Part shown: one piece after another, positions 1-10,920 of the stretch
Layout: each line of letters begins with the position of its first letter
Numbering within the stretch: the stretch's first letter is position 1
Notes under the pieces: generated by a model
What the model saw: only the letters and a program-made list of their open reading frames with translations
The model's database searches: none
Told to the model about the DNA's origin: nothing
Source of the DNA: Aulosira sp. ZfuVER01
Lineage (GTDB): Bacteria > Cyanobacteriota > Cyanobacteriia > Cyanobacteriales > Nostocaceae
NCBI GenBank assembly: GCA_034530615.2
Contig: JAVRCV020000049.1
Coordinates: forward strand, 224,001-288,000
Direction: 5' to 3'
Length of the DNA stretch: 64,000 nt
Translations under genes and position numbers: made by a program

Positions 1-927
1 TGCTTTAAAACCCTTGCTACGCAATCTACCCGGTAACAAAGACAACCCTAAACCAGTCCATGCTTTAGTATTAGAAAAAGATTTACCTGCCAAAACTAGT
101 TCTCTACCAGTTTGCGTTTCGCCTTTTTCAATTAAACGTAAACCTAATATCAACTGAGCTTCAGTCAGTCTTTTTTGTCTAATTGCCTCTAATTTGTCTG
201 ACTCAAACTTATAACTTTCTAAATACTGAATCTTATCAAATAAATAAGGAATAGCTCGATTAATGCCTTGCTGTTCTGCATGGCAGCGATATTCCATCAA
301 TAGTTCTGGTAGATAATAACCTTTTTTACCAGCCAAAGCTAGTCTTACAAATAAATCATTGTCTTCACAATTTTGCATATTGGGAAGCATAAAGCCCAAT
401 TCTTGCAATGTTTGAAGCCGAAATAATGTTGCGCCAATTTGAAAGCTTTGGTAAATAAATACAACCTCTAGTAAATTATCAACAACACCAGCAGATAATT
501 GTTCTCTACCCCAACGACGAGAATTTGTCTGAGTTACTTCATCATTACGGACATTATTAATATCGATGATCCAATGGTCAGTGCCTACAAAATCAATGCT
601 CGATTCTTGCTCTAGAATGGCAACAGTACGTGCTAAGAAATCAGGCGTAAGCCGATCGTCGTCATCAAACTTGATAAAATATTCGCCACTCGCTGCATTA
701 AACCCAGAGCGCATATTATTACTTTTACCAATATTTTGCTGATGACGGATGTAATGAATACGCGCATCTGTGTACTTTGACATCAATTCAGGTGTACCAT
801 CACTAGAACCGTCATCACAGATAATTAATTCAAAATCCTGGTAACTCTGCTTAATTACACTCTCAATAGCTTGAGGTAGGAGATTCACCCGATTAAAAGT
901 AGGAATACAAACAGTAACTTTAGCCAC
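1..927 (-). CDS. Glycosyltransferase family 2 (3' end runs off the window)
   Basis: Not in the ORF track. Manual translation from GTG at 927 gives MAKVTVCIPTFNR...IICDDGSSDGT...FIKFDDDD, the GT-A fold motifs; the frame stays open to base 1. Confidence 0.9.
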   Translation of the reverse strand, partial: MAKVTVCIPTFNRVNLLPQAIESVIKQSYQDFELIICDDGSSDGTPELMSKYTDARIHYIRHQQNIGKSNNMRSGFNAASGEYFIKFDDDDRLTPDFLARTVAILEQESSIDFVGTDHWIIDINNVRNDEVTQTNSRRWGREQLSAGVVDNLLEVVFIYQSFQIGATLFRLQTLQELGFMLPNMQNCEDNDLFVRLALAGKKGYYLPELLMEYRCHAEQQGINRAIPYLFDKIQYLESYKFESDKLEAIRQKRLTEAQLILGLRLIEKGETQTGRELVLAGKSFSNTKAWTGLGLSLLPGRLRSKGFKA

Positions 928-1367
928 AGTGATAATAAAAAATGTTGTTTAATTAGCAGTGATTACACAAATCGAAAATTTTAGTCTATTTAATATAATT
1001 GCCATCTTAACACGGGAATTTAAGACTTCAATTGATGAATATCTATCAACCGGAAAAACAAGTGAAATTTATCAAACAATTTATCATCCATAGTTACTAA
1101 CATAATTTGCTCAGTATATATAATCAACCAAGGTGACTTGATTTAATATTGCCATAAAAATTTCCGTATATACAACAGGTTAAATAGTAAAATACATGAA
1201 ATTCATCATATTGCTACTAACTCAGTAAGTAGCTTTTTATTTTCTTTAATTTACTAAAGTTTCATAAAAAATATCTCAGGGATATTCATGATGACAATCA
1301 GCAGTCATTGAAGTCATTGTATAGATATATGATTGTGTTTCTTAGTGTTATTACAGACATCAGTTAT

Positions 1368-2582
1368 ATGAATATCCTCATGCTATCTTCCACTTTTCCC
1401 TATCCACCAACACGGGGTGGAACCCAAGTCAGGACATTTAATTTGCTCAAGTACCTGAGTCAACGCCATAGTATTACTCTTATAACTCAGCGTGATGCTA
1501 CTGTCACAGATGCGGAAATAGCAGGATTAGAAGATTGTGTAGATCGTCTAGTTGTTTTTGAACGTCCCCCAGAAGCTGGAACATCAGCAGGAATGTTCAA
1601 GAAACTCCAACGCTTTAGCTCATTTTTGCAACAGGGAACACCGCCGAGTGTACTCAATCGTTACTCAATTGAAATGCAAGAGTGGATTGATAAGTCTGTA
1701 GAGGCGGGAAAATATGATGTAATTACCTGCGAGCATAGCGTCAATGAGATTTATGTGCGGCCTCATTTTCAAAAACAGCTAAAAACCGTAGTCAATATTC
1801 ATAGTTCTGTCTATGGCAGCTGTCATAATCAACTTGCAACTGGTATTTCCGACAATAGATTGAGGGATCAAATTAATCTGCCACTTTTACGTCGTTATGA
1901 GCAAAGCTACTGCTCTAAGTTTTCTGCCCTGGTGGTGACTACAGAAGAAGATAAAATTCAATTACAAGAATTCAACCCTAATAGTGGAATTACGGTTATT
2001 CCTAATGGTGTTGATTTAGTTTCCTTTCCTTATAGAACAGCCGATCCGGGAGGACATCGCTTAATATTTATCGGCGCAATGGATAATTTAGCAAATATTG
2101 ATGCGGTATGCTTCTTTAGTCAAGAAGTATTGCCAGAAATCCAGAAACATTACCCCGATACAACTTTTGAGATTGTTGGCGCTCATGCTGCACCAGAAGT
2201 TTTAGCACTGAAAAAACAATCAGGAATTACAGTAACTGGGCGTGTGCCCTCAATGGTAGAGTATCTACATAAATCAACCGTCTGCATCGTACCAATGCGG
2301 ACGGGTTTTGGAATTAAAAATAAAACTTTAGAAGCAATGGCAGCTGGTGTACCAATAGTAGCAAGCGATCGCGGTTTAGAAGGACTAGCGGTAGATGGTG
2401 CTGGTACACCCCTAAGAGCGCTCAGAGCAAATGTACCAGCAGAGTATGTTACGGCTATTAGTCAACTATTCGACTCTCCACAGCTACGACATGAGTTGTC
2501 TTATTCTGGTAGAGAACTGGTAGAAACAGAATTTACCTGGGATATTGCCGGTCAACACTATGAGCAAGTATGTTGTAGGTAG
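1368..2582 (+). CDS. Glycosyltransferase family 4 (GT-B fold)
   Basis: MNILMLSSTFPYPPTRGG N-terminus, VIPNGVD and KTLEAMAAGVPIV motifs; start moved from 1308 to ATG 1368. Confidence 0.9.
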   Translation: MNILMLSSTFPYPPTRGGTQVRTFNLLKYLSQRHSITLITQRDATVTDAEIAGLEDCVDRLVVFERPPEAGTSAGMFKKLQRFSSFLQQGTPPSVLNRYSIEMQEWIDKSVEAGKYDVITCEHSVNEIYVRPHFQKQLKTVVNIHSSVYGSCHNQLATGISDNRLRDQINLPLLRRYEQSYCSKFSALVVTTEEDKIQLQEFNPNSGITVIPNGVDLVSFPYRTADPGGHRLIFIGAMDNLANIDAVCFFSQEVLPEIQKHYPDTTFEIVGAHAAPEVLALKKQSGITVTGRVPSMVEYLHKSTVCIVPMRTGFGIKNKTLEAMAAGVPIVASDRGLEGLAVDGAGTPLRALRANVPAEYVTAISQLFDSPQLRHELSYSGRELVETEFTWDIAGQHYEQVCCR

Positions 2583-2660
2583 CGATCGCAAGGCCAATAT
2601 GAAGTGTAAAGCCTGAACTTTCAACCTTAATCATTTTTGAGCTGCTCATCTCAAATCTGA

Positions 2661-3005
2661 TTACTGTTGCATCGAAGGTACAGCAAAAATTCTACTGGAT
2701 ATGGGAACACGTGGATTAGAAATTGGAGCTGTTGTAGTTAGAGCAGCAGTGGTAGGGGGATTAGTAGAATTTTCAGATAATATATCTGCTTTGTTATTGG
2801 TAGAATTGCTCAAATCAATTGGCTGGGATGGCGCAGTTTGTATAGCTTTATCTAAACCCGTAGCTAGCTCTGAAGATATGGAGCTAGCATTCTGAGTATT
2901 GCTATTATTTGCTTCTCCCTGACTTTGTGCGTGACATGGAGTTAGAATGCAAGCAGAAGCTGAGGCTAAAACTAGGGCTATTAGGTTCTGAAGAGATTGG
3001 CGCAT
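2661..3005 (-). CDS. Hypothetical secreted low-complexity protein
   Basis: Signal-peptide-like N-terminus, S/T/N-rich body, RVPISSRIF tail. Confidence 0.6.
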   Translation of the reverse strand: MRQSLQNLIALVLASASACILTPCHAQSQGEANNSNTQNASSISSELATGLDKAIQTAPSQPIDLSNSTNNKADILSENSTNPPTTAALTTTAPISNPRVPISSRIFAVPSMQQ

Positions 3006-3505
3006 TTGTTTAAAGGAAGAGATAAAAAAGTAAGAATTGAAAAGGTAGATTCACGCTTGCTGGAAGAGGCAACTTAATCTGCACAGCAATTTTGACTGGA
3101 TAAAAATGCACAAGAAAATTTCAGGATGATTTCTATCCCAAATTTTTATGTGTTGTCATTAATGCTTTATGTAAAAAAATTGCTGCGATCGCCTGAAAAT
3201 CAAACAGGCTTTTAATGCAATACACTTCATTAACAACTAGGCTATGCAGCAGTAACTACTGAGTTGTTAGCTGAAGAGTAAGTTAGCAAATTAATACACC
3301 CCTGGCTCTTCGTGTTAGTTAGGTTGGTGAAACTATCAATAATATACTTGTATAGTCATTCTTCATAAAAGAGGAATTTTACTGATTTTTTGATTTCTCA
3401 GTATTTAGCTAGAATTAGCAACAAATTTGTATATTTAATGAAGTAAAGAATCACATATATAATATTTTCAAGAAGAGAAGTTCTGACAAGCGTTGGACAA
3501 ATGTA

Positions 3506-3622
3506 ATATCATGTCCGCTTAAAGACTTATCATTAAGCAGGAAACAGAGAGCAAGGAGGGAAAGAGTTTTTATTTTTTTGCACAGATGCACCGAATCATA
3601 ACTAGTCAGCAGGACGTGATAT
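3506..3622. mobile_element. MITE-like element with ATATCATGTCC termini
   Basis: Imperfect inverted ends ATATCATGTCCGC and GCAGGACGTGATAT; same end type recurs at 49958-50075. Confidence 0.55.
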
Positions 3623-3981
3623 CAACTTGGATTTCTTACAGATGCAAAATCTGGGGTTTACCTCTACAAATGAATCAAAAGAGTTTAGCAACCGCAACAA
3701 ACATTGCAACCATACCAACTTAAATATTGTGTCTTCTTTGGGGCAAAAGTTGCGATCGCCAATAACATTGCCGTCATTGCTTCAGTGCGCTGTGAGAAAT
3801 GGGAAATTCTCAATTATGAGGTAATGCGATCGCATCTCTCCTGTAGAGTTGTTGAGACGGGTGCATCCTAGTTTTTATTTTGCTATAAAAAAATAACTGT
3901 CATTGCCAGGAGGAACGACGTATTCCTACTGAGAAGCAAGCTACGCGAATCGTTCGCGTTAGCGTCTCCCCAGGAGAATAG

Positions 3982-4154
3982 CAGGGCCGTTTCATTCGTA
4001 ATGGTATGTATTTTGTCAATATGATTGGCAATAAATATCAGGGCAAAAGTCATAAATTGTTGACCATCTTGATGCCTAAGATTAAATACCAAGCTCGTTT
4101 TTTATCTCCTGAACCTTTGCATTTTCAAGCCTTTTAGGGGATGAAACAGCCCTG
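3982..4154. mobile_element. 173-bp MITE with 12-bp target-site duplication
   Basis: Ends CAGGGCCGTTTCAT and ATGAAACAGCCCTG; CCAGGAGAATAG directly repeated at 3970-3981 and 4155-4166. Confidence 0.85.
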
Positions 4155-4369
4155 CCAGGAGAATAGGGTTCCCGTTCGGCGTAGCCGTTGCCGCAGGCTA
4201 GGGTAGAGTAGCAATTGCATGAACTCGCTCTGATACTATTCCACTTTAAGAGTGATACAAATACGTGATGGGGGGTTTAGCAATGCTAAACCCCCTACGA
4301 AAAATATATCTGGATCGTGATTTTCGTGAAAACGATATACTGCCACTTGAATCAGTGGATATAAAAATA

Positions 4370-4398
4370 GCGATGTCTACGACGAGCTACGCCTACGC
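4370..4398. repeat. Small dispersed repeat (SDR5-like) inserted into a HIP1 site
   Basis: GCGAT + 21-nt GTCTACGACGAGCTACGCCTA + CGC; related copies at 13334-13368 and 49833-49867. Confidence 0.7.
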
Positions 4399-4548
4399 TA
4401 ATTTATACCGAAAAATGCAGTTTGAACGCGAAGAAACCCCAAATTGAAAGATTATCGATATCGGATGCGATCGCTGATGCTGATTAGTGTAGGTTGGGTC
4501 AAAGCATGATACCCAACCATTTTCCAGATTTAATTCATCATGAGCATT

Positions 4549-4731
4549 CTAAACAGCTGTATCTTCTCTTTCTATCTGTTGCCGAATGGTATCAATTGCT
4601 GCATTAATACCAGCCAGCTTGGACTCCAAATCATCTCGCATCCAAGTGAGGAATTTTAGTTTATGCTGTAAACGAGATTTGCGCGAAATAGTTTCGCCAC
4701 CATAACAGTAATTGCCCCAGAAAGGAAACAT
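4549..4731 (-). CDS. Small hypothetical coiled-coil protein
   Basis: MFPFWGNY...LTWMRDDLESKLAGINAAIDTIRQQIERE; ATG 4731 follows an AGAGG RBS-like site. Confidence 0.6.
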   Translation of the reverse strand: MFPFWGNYCYGGETISRKSRLQHKLKFLTWMRDDLESKLAGINAAIDTIRQQIEREDTAV

Positions 4732-5065
4732 AGTTAACCTCTGAATTAAGCCGAGTAACAGTGCAGGATTTTGCACCACCACATTACATTTTGGCTAAAA
4801 ACAATCAGACCGATGGTGTAGCTACCGATCCATTTCTTGGGTGTTTGGCGCACTCTAGCCTTTCTTTGGGGCGATTAATAAATGATTCAGGTGTTTCACA
4901 TTTAACTTGTATTAATTAAGTGAATGCTGAGAATTCACGTTAGGGGTAGACCAAATTCTATTGTTAGAATGCTATCAACAAGCGAAATGCTATCGCTTGG
5001 ATGATGAGATTAAGTACAAAAACAGCATACACTCTTTGATGGTAAATCTGACAAAAGGAGTTGCT

Positions 5066-5815
5066 GTGACTAGTTTTCTATTTGTAACTGATTTAGATAA
5101 TACTCTGGTAGGCAATGACAATGCACTTGTAGAATTAAACGATCGCCTACAGCAACATCGCCAAGAATACGGTACAAAAATTGTCTATGCTACTGGGCGA
5201 TCGCCTCTACTGTACCGCGAACTGCAAATAGAAAAAAATCTCTTGCAACCAGATGCGCTCGTCCTTTCTGTAGGTACGGAAATCTATCTGGATGGTAGCG
5301 ATACACCAGATTCAAGTTGGTCAGAAATACTCTCTCCCGGATGGGATCGCGAACTTATACTATCAATAACTGAAAAATACCCTGAGTTAGTTTTGCAACC
5401 AGAGTCAGAACAGCGCCCCTTCAAAGTAAGTTTTTTTCTCGAACAAGCTGTAGCACCTGGCATTTTATCGCAACTTGAGTTAGAGTTACAAAAATCTAAT
5501 TTAAAGAAAAAGTTAATCTACAGCAGCGGAATTGACCTTGACATTGTCCCCCTTACCAGCGATAAAGGTCAGGCAATGCAATTTTTGCGTCAAAAGTGGA
5601 AATTTGCAGCCGAACAAACAGTTGTCTGTGGTGATTCAGGTAATGATATTGCTTTATTTGCTGTAGGCAACGCACGGGGGATCGTAGTCGGGAATGCACG
5701 CCCTGAGTTAATCCAGTGGCATAATGACTATCCCGCTGACCACCGTTACCTAGCACAAGATTTTTGTGCAGGTGGCATTCTGGAAGGACTGAAATATTTT
5801 GGATTCTTAGAATGA
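5066..5815 (+). CDS. spp: Sucrose-phosphate phosphatase (HAD family)
   Basis: [25 protein letters not shown] and CGDSGND motifs; AAGGAG RBS before GTG 5066. Confidence 0.92.
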   Translation: MTSFLFVTDLDNTLVGNDNALVELNDRLQQHRQEYGTKIVYATGRSPLLYRELQIEKNLLQPDALVLSVGTEIYLDGSDTPDSSWSEILSPGWDRELILSITEKYPELVLQPESEQRPFKVSFFLEQAVAPGILSQLELELQKSNLKKKLIYSSGIDLDIVPLTSDKGQAMQFLRQKWKFAAEQTVVCGDSGNDIALFAVGNARGIVVGNARPELIQWHNDYPADHRYLAQDFCAGGILEGLKYFGFLE

Positions 5816-6453
5816 TTAGTTATCTAAAAGGTATCGTTGCTGGTGTTCAAACAATTAGCAGTAATCGCGTGATTTTGACTCTTGAGGTCAATAACATGGG
5901 GTATGATTTGCAAATTCCGCAACGGCTAGCAAAGCATTTGCCAGAGTCGGGAGGAGTGGTGCAAATCTTTACCCACTACCAAATCCGCGAAGAAGTGCCC
6001 TTATTGTATGGCTTTGCTTCTCCCGCCGAACGGGACTTATTTCGTCACCTGCTAACTGTTAGCGGGATTGGTGCGGCTTTAGCGATTACTCTGTTAGACA
6101 CGTTGGAACTACCAGATTTAGTCCAAGCAATTATTGCTGCTAACATCCAAATTCTGATTCAAGCTCCAGGTGTTGGTAAGAAAACCGCAGAACGCATCTG
6201 TTTGGAACTGAAAAGCAAATTGATCGAGTGGCGCAAATCAGCAGGATTCTTCGTCGCCACAGGCGGGCCCGCACCAGGGATTCTCGAAGAAGTGCAAATG
6301 ACTCTGTTTGCCTTGGGCTACACTGCTCACGAAGTCAGCCACGCCTTACACGTAGTCAGTGAAGATATTGGACTCCCAAAAGACGCCTATGTAGAAGATT
6401 GGATTAAACAAGCGATCGCTCATCTTAGCAGTAGCGAACAAATTGGTCAGTAG
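5812..6453 (+). CDS. ruvA: Holliday junction branch migration protein RuvA
   Basis: MISYLKG, LYGF, TVSGIG and [15 protein letters not shown] motifs; ATGA overlap with spp. Confidence 0.97.
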   Translation: MISYLKGIVAGVQTISSNRVILTLEVNNMGYDLQIPQRLAKHLPESGGVVQIFTHYQIREEVPLLYGFASPAERDLFRHLLTVSGIGAALAITLLDTLELPDLVQAIIAANIQILIQAPGVGKKTAERICLELKSKLIEWRKSAGFFVATGGPAPGILEEVQMTLFALGYTAHEVSHALHVVSEDIGLPKDAYVEDWIKQAIAHLSSSEQIGQ

Positions 6454-6512
6454 TCAATGGTCATTTGTCATTTGTCATTGGTAATTTGTCTCCCTTGTCC
6501 TCCTAACTTAAA

Positions 6513-7679
6513 ATGCCTATAGATCCTTATGCTTGGCTAGAGCAGTCTTTGGCAACTATTCATCGGGCGGATTGGTATCGCTCAGTACAACCAATCCACG
6601 GTCGCTCCGGTGCTACTGTGTTGATGGAAGGGCGGGAGGTAATTAATTTTGCCAGCAATGACTATTTAGGCTTGGCAGGGGATCGAAGACTAATTACAGC
6701 CGGGGTTGCAGCTACTCAAGAATTTGGCACAGGAAGCACAGGTTCTCGATTACTTAGTGGACATCGGGAATTACATAAAAACTTAGAAAGAGCGATCGCA
6801 TCTTTAAAGCAAACAGAAGATGCATTAGTATTTAGTTCAGGATATTTGGCGAATTTAGGTGCGATCGCAGCTTTGGTAGGTAAGCGCGATTTAATCCTCT
6901 CTGACCAGTACAATCATTCCAGCCTGAAGAATGGAGCAATACTCAGTGGTGCAGCAGTAATTGAATATCCGCACTGTGATGTTACGGCTTTAAAAAATCA
7001 CTTAATAGAACAAAGACAAAATTACCGACGCTGTTTAATCCTCACCGATAGCGTCTTTAGTATGGATGGTGATTTATGTCCTTTACCCACACTGTTAGAT
7101 GTAGCGGAAGAATTTAGCTGTATGCTGCTAGTTGATGAAGCTCACGCCACTGGAGTACTGGGTAAAACTGGCGCAGGGTGCGTCGAACATTTTGGCTGTA
7201 CGGGAAAGCAATTAATTCAAATTGGCACATTGAGTAAAGCTTTAGGTAGTTTAGGCGGATACGTTGCTGGCAGTGCTACCTTAATTGACTTTTTACGCAA
7301 TCGCGCACCGACTTGGATTTACACCACAGGACTTTCACCCGCAGACACAGCCGCAGCCTTAGCCGCGATTGAGATAGTACAACAAGAACCGCAGCGCCGT
7401 CAGCAATTATGGGCGAATGTAGATTATTTAAAAAAGTTAATGCAAGAGCAGGTAATTGAATTAAAATTACTGCCTTCAGAATCACCTATATTATGTTTTC
7501 AATTGCCAAGTGCCGCAGCAGCATTAGAAGCAGGTAAGTATTTAAAAGAATCGGGGATTTTTGCCCCAGCGATTCGTCCGCCAACCGTCCCCACAAGCCG
7601 CATTCGCATATCTGCAATGGCGACGCATCAAGCAACGCATATTGATAAACTCGTAGCAGCATTGCGCGACATTAATTAG
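6513..7679 (+). CDS. bioF: 8-amino-7-oxononanoate synthase
   Basis: [40 protein letters not shown] and AIRPPTVP motifs. Confidence 0.96.
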   Translation: MPIDPYAWLEQSLATIHRADWYRSVQPIHGRSGATVLMEGREVINFASNDYLGLAGDRRLITAGVAATQEFGTGSTGSRLLSGHRELHKNLERAIASLKQTEDALVFSSGYLANLGAIAALVGKRDLILSDQYNHSSLKNGAILSGAAVIEYPHCDVTALKNHLIEQRQNYRRCLILTDSVFSMDGDLCPLPTLLDVAEEFSCMLLVDEAHATGVLGKTGAGCVEHFGCTGKQLIQIGTLSKALGSLGGYVAGSATLIDFLRNRAPTWIYTTGLSPADTAAALAAIEIVQQEPQRRQQLWANVDYLKKLMQEQVIELKLLPSESPILCFQLPSAAAALEAGKYLKESGIFAPAIRPPTVPTSRIRISAMATHQATHIDKLVAALRDIN

Positions 7680-7807
7680 ATACCCGACTTCTTAGATAAA
7701 TCAGAGATCTGGGTGTTCTGGGCATCGAAAGTAACGCACCTTTAACTTCAAATTTCGTGTGACAATCAACAACATAAGACCAGATAGATCTTGTTTGCCA
7801 CAAATTA

Positions 7808-8038
7808 GATGAGGTTCTCAATGAATGAGTACTCGTTGATAAACAACCTCAACCCGTTCGTTGTGAATGCGATCGCGTTCTCTATAGATGAGGTCTCGTT
7901 AATAAACAACCCGATCTGGTTGGTCACAAATGCGATCGCGTTCTCTATGGATGAGTACTCATTGATAAACAACCTCAACTTGTTCGTTATGAATAGGTTG
8001 AGTTTCTCTATGGATGAGTACTTGTTGATCAACTATCC
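7808..8038. repeat. Degenerate tandem array: 11 subunits of 21 nt with a 63-nt higher-order period
   Basis: Recurring GTTCTCTATGGATGAGTACTC(A/G)TTGATAAACAACC at 63-nt spacing. Confidence 0.85.
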
Positions 8039-8191
8039 TGGCGTGGAGGATCTTTTTGGCGGGTGCTTTACCGTTTCGACTAATATTTGGCGATCGCGTT
8101 CTGCTTGTGTGAGATTGACGATGTACTTGCTGGGGTTCATTCGGCTCTCGTCCTTAACCTCTCTACCCAATATTTTAAGCTTGCCGCACTA
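8033..8191 (-). pseudogene. IS630-family transposase 5' remnant with probable left end
   Basis: ATG 8140 gives MNPSKYIVNLTQAERDR, then after a frameshift ISRNGKAPAKKILHARI; TAGTGCGGCAAGC end at 8191. Confidence 0.65.
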
Positions 8192-8193
8192 AA

Positions 8194-8367
8194 ATATTAT
8201 GTTTTCAATTGCCAAGTGCCGCAGATGCTTTAAAAGCAGGTAAGTCTTTAAAATATGTAGGGATTTTCGCCCAGCGATTCGTTTGCTAACTGTACCTTAT
8301 CTATCAACCGCATTAGGAGATCTGCAATGGCAACCCATGATGCAACGCCTGATAAACTAGTAGCAGC
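8194..8367 (+). pseudogene. Degenerate duplicate of the bioF 3' end
   Basis: Aligns to 7488-7660, starting with identical ATATTATGTTTTCAATTGCCAAGTGCCGCAG and ending in GATAAACTnGTAGCAGC; contains indels. Confidence 0.9.
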
Positions 8368-8626
8368 TTCAAAAGCAATGCAACCATAGCTTGACATTAG
8401 TTTATTACTTGTCATTAATAACTAATGTTTCATTCTTAAAATACAACACGAAAAGTCAAATTATCCCCTCACTTTGTTTCATCGTGAAAATGAACCCCAC
8501 AAATGGACTGCTTAAGACAAGGCGCTTCACCTCTACGCAGTAATTTTAAGAATAATTTTAAGAAATTGTATAGTCAGCAATTTCAATGAGAGAATCTGAG
8601 CTTATTTTCTCAATGTAAAGGAAGAC

Positions 8627-8902
8627 ATGGACGATCGCAAACAAGCTCTCCAGTCCATCGCTGCTGCACGCTGGCGGGTATCTCTAATGCTAAGTGGGGC
8701 CATGATGGTGATTTATTTTGGCTTTATTCTGCTGATTGCCTTCAATAAGCCTTTATTAGGGTCTTTAATTCTTCCTGGGCTGAGTCTGGGTATTTTGCTG
8801 GGGGCGCTGGTAATTGTCTCAGCATGGGTATTAATTTTTCTCTATGTGCGCTGGGCAAATAACAAATATGACAACCGCATCAGTAATCTAACACGCAAGT
8901 GA
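8627..8902 (+). CDS. DUF485 (YjcH-like) membrane protein
   Basis: Two TM helices, YVRWANNKYD motif, directly upstream of actP. Confidence 0.88.
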   Translation: MDDRKQALQSIAAARWRVSLMLSGAMMVIYFGFILLIAFNKPLLGSLILPGLSLGILLGALVIVSAWVLIFLYVRWANNKYDNRISNLTRK

Positions 8903-8944
8903 ATAGCTATACCTGTATCAAAAATTCAAAATTGTAACCAAAAT

Positions 8945-10522
8945 ATGATCGTAAATAGTCTCTGGTATATTCCGCAACTGGCTGTAGCTGATGTTAGCAG
9001 CCTTGGACGTTTCAATCCGTTGGCGATCGCCTTTTTCTTCCTGTTTGTGGCAAGTTCTCTAGGTATTACCTTCTGGGCTGCCAAGATGACTAAAAGCACA
9101 TCCCACTTTTACACAGCTGGGGGTAAGATCAGCGGTTTCCAAAATGGGCTAGCTTTAGCAGGAGACTTTATGAGTGCAGCTAGCTTTTTAGGGATTGCTG
9201 GACTGGTTGCACTCAATGGTTTTGACGGTTTAATTTATTCCATCGGCTTTTTAGTAGGCTGGCCTATCGTCATGTTTCTCATTGCCGAACCACTGCGGAA
9301 TTTAGGCAAATATACTTTTGCAGATGTGGTAGCTTATCGCTTGCAGCAAAAACCTGTACGCATCGCCGCCGCCATTGGTACATTAGCAGTCATCAGCTTT
9401 TATTTAATTGCCCAAATGGTAGGTGCGGGCGAACTTGTCAAACTATTGTTTGGTTTTGATTATGAATTAGCCGTAGTCATCGTTGGCGGCGTAATGATGG
9501 CTTACGTGATTTTTGGCGGGATGATTGCTACTACCTGGGTACAAATTATCAAAGCAGTTTTGCTGTTAGGCGGAACTATTTTGTTATCTATTTTGGTATT
9601 GGCAAAATTTGGTTTTAATCCCCTCAATCTCTTCGCCGCCGCTGCTGATAAATATTCTGGTGTATTAGCACCTGGTAAGCAAGTTTCCGATCCCTGGGAT
9701 GCAATTTCCTTGGGGATGTCGTTGATGTTTGGTACTGCGGGATTACCTCATATTTTGATGCGTTTCTACACAGTACCAGATGCCAAAGCAGCCAGAGTTT
9801 CAGTAACTTATGCCACAGCTTTTATTGGCTTTTTCTATCTTCTCACCTTTATTCTTGGCTTTGGAGCAATGGTACTAGTTGGTCAAGATGCCATCAAGCA
9901 AATTGGCACTGGTGGTAACATGGCTGCACCAATGTTAGCCGAATTTCTCGGTGGAGATGCTTTCTTAGGCTTTATTGCGGCTGTATCCTTCGCCACGATT
10001 TTAGCGGTAGTTGCAGGTTTAACACTTTCTGGTGCAGCGGCATTATCTCATGATTTATGGGTGAATGTGGTGCGAGGAGGTCATGCCAATGAATCAGAAC
10101 AACTGAAAGTAGCTCGTGGTGCGACAATGCTTTTAGGTGCATTGGCGATTATCCTGGGTATCTTATTCAAAGGACAAAACGTAGCCTACATGGTAGGTTT
10201 AGCATTTGCGATCGCAGCTAGTGCCAATTTCCCTGCTTTACTGCTATCGATGCTGTGGCGACGCTTCACCACCAATGGTGCTGTAGCGAGTATGTTAGTC
10301 GGAACCTTCGCCTCTTTGATATTGATTTATTGCTCCCCTACAATCCAGGTAACAATCCTCAATCATCCGGATGCACTTTTCCCATTAAAAAATCCTGGTT
10401 TGGTCACTATTCCCCTATCATTTATTGTGGGGATTATTGTTTCTCTAATGTCTAGCGAAACACAGGCAGAAGAAAAATTTGCAGAAGTCGAGAACCGCAT
10501 CCACATCGGTTCTGAAAATTGA
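8945..10522 (+). CDS. actP: Cation/acetate symporter (SSS family)
   Basis: [43 protein letters not shown] and [12 protein letters not shown] motifs. Confidence 0.9.
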   Translation: MIVNSLWYIPQLAVADVSSLGRFNPLAIAFFFLFVASSLGITFWAAKMTKSTSHFYTAGGKISGFQNGLALAGDFMSAASFLGIAGLVALNGFDGLIYSIGFLVGWPIVMFLIAEPLRNLGKYTFADVVAYRLQQKPVRIAAAIGTLAVISFYLIAQMVGAGELVKLLFGFDYELAVVIVGGVMMAYVIFGGMIATTWVQIIKAVLLLGGTILLSILVLAKFGFNPLNLFAAAADKYSGVLAPGKQVSDPWDAISLGMSLMFGTAGLPHILMRFYTVPDAKAARVSVTYATAFIGFFYLLTFILGFGAMVLVGQDAIKQIGTGGNMAAPMLAEFLGGDAFLGFIAAVSFATILAVVAGLTLSGAAALSHDLWVNVVRGGHANESEQLKVARGATMLLGALAIILGILFKGQNVAYMVGLAFAIAASANFPALLLSMLWRRFTTNGAVASMLVGTFASLILIYCSPTIQVTILNHPDALFPLKNPGLVTIPLSFIVGIIVSLMSSETQAEEKFAEVENRIHIGSEN

Positions 10523-10542
10523 GTAACGGATTCTTCATTTTC

Positions 10543-10573
10543 TTATGGGGTGAGGGCAAAACTCATCCCATAA
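10543..10573 (+). terminator. Probable terminator hairpin after actP
   Basis: TTATGGGGTGAG...CTCATCCCATAA followed by TTATTT. Confidence 0.55.
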
Positions 10574-10705
10574 TTATTTCTATCAAACTTTAGAGATTTA
10601 TCTTATTTTACTAAAATACTAACGATACTATGATACCAAAAGGTTCATAATGACAAGGCTTTCAGCCTGAGAGTCTTAATGTGCAGCCTCACATAAAATT
10701 GATAC

Positions 10706-10887
10706 AAGTAAGTCGGTGCTAATATTTCCAACTATGTTAAGGAATTTAAATGTAGAGTGTGTTGTCGCGCAGCGCAACGCACCGACACACCATTAACCTT
10801 TAAAGGTGCGTTAGCCTATGGCATAACACACCCTACCGATAATTTATATTTCTTTCCATACATTGAATTTTTCTCGTCTACTTACTT
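10706..10887. mobile_element. MITE-like element enclosing an inverted GTAG-type REP pair
   Basis: Ends AAGTAAGTCGG and TCTACTTACTT; internal GTAGAGTGTGTTG...AACGCACC and GGTGCGTT...AACACACCCTAC. Confidence 0.55.
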
Positions 10888-10920
10888 AACACTTCTCCAC
10901 CCTATACTCAGCACTTAAAT

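Noticed and set aside
3627..4447. Short ORFs at 3627, 3883 and 4265
   Set aside because: No recognisable motifs; the 3883 and 4265 ORFs run through MITE and dispersed-repeat sequence
7488..8367. Possible diversity-generating retroelement template/variable repeat pair
   Set aside because: Differences include indels and non-adenine changes, and no reverse transcriptase is present
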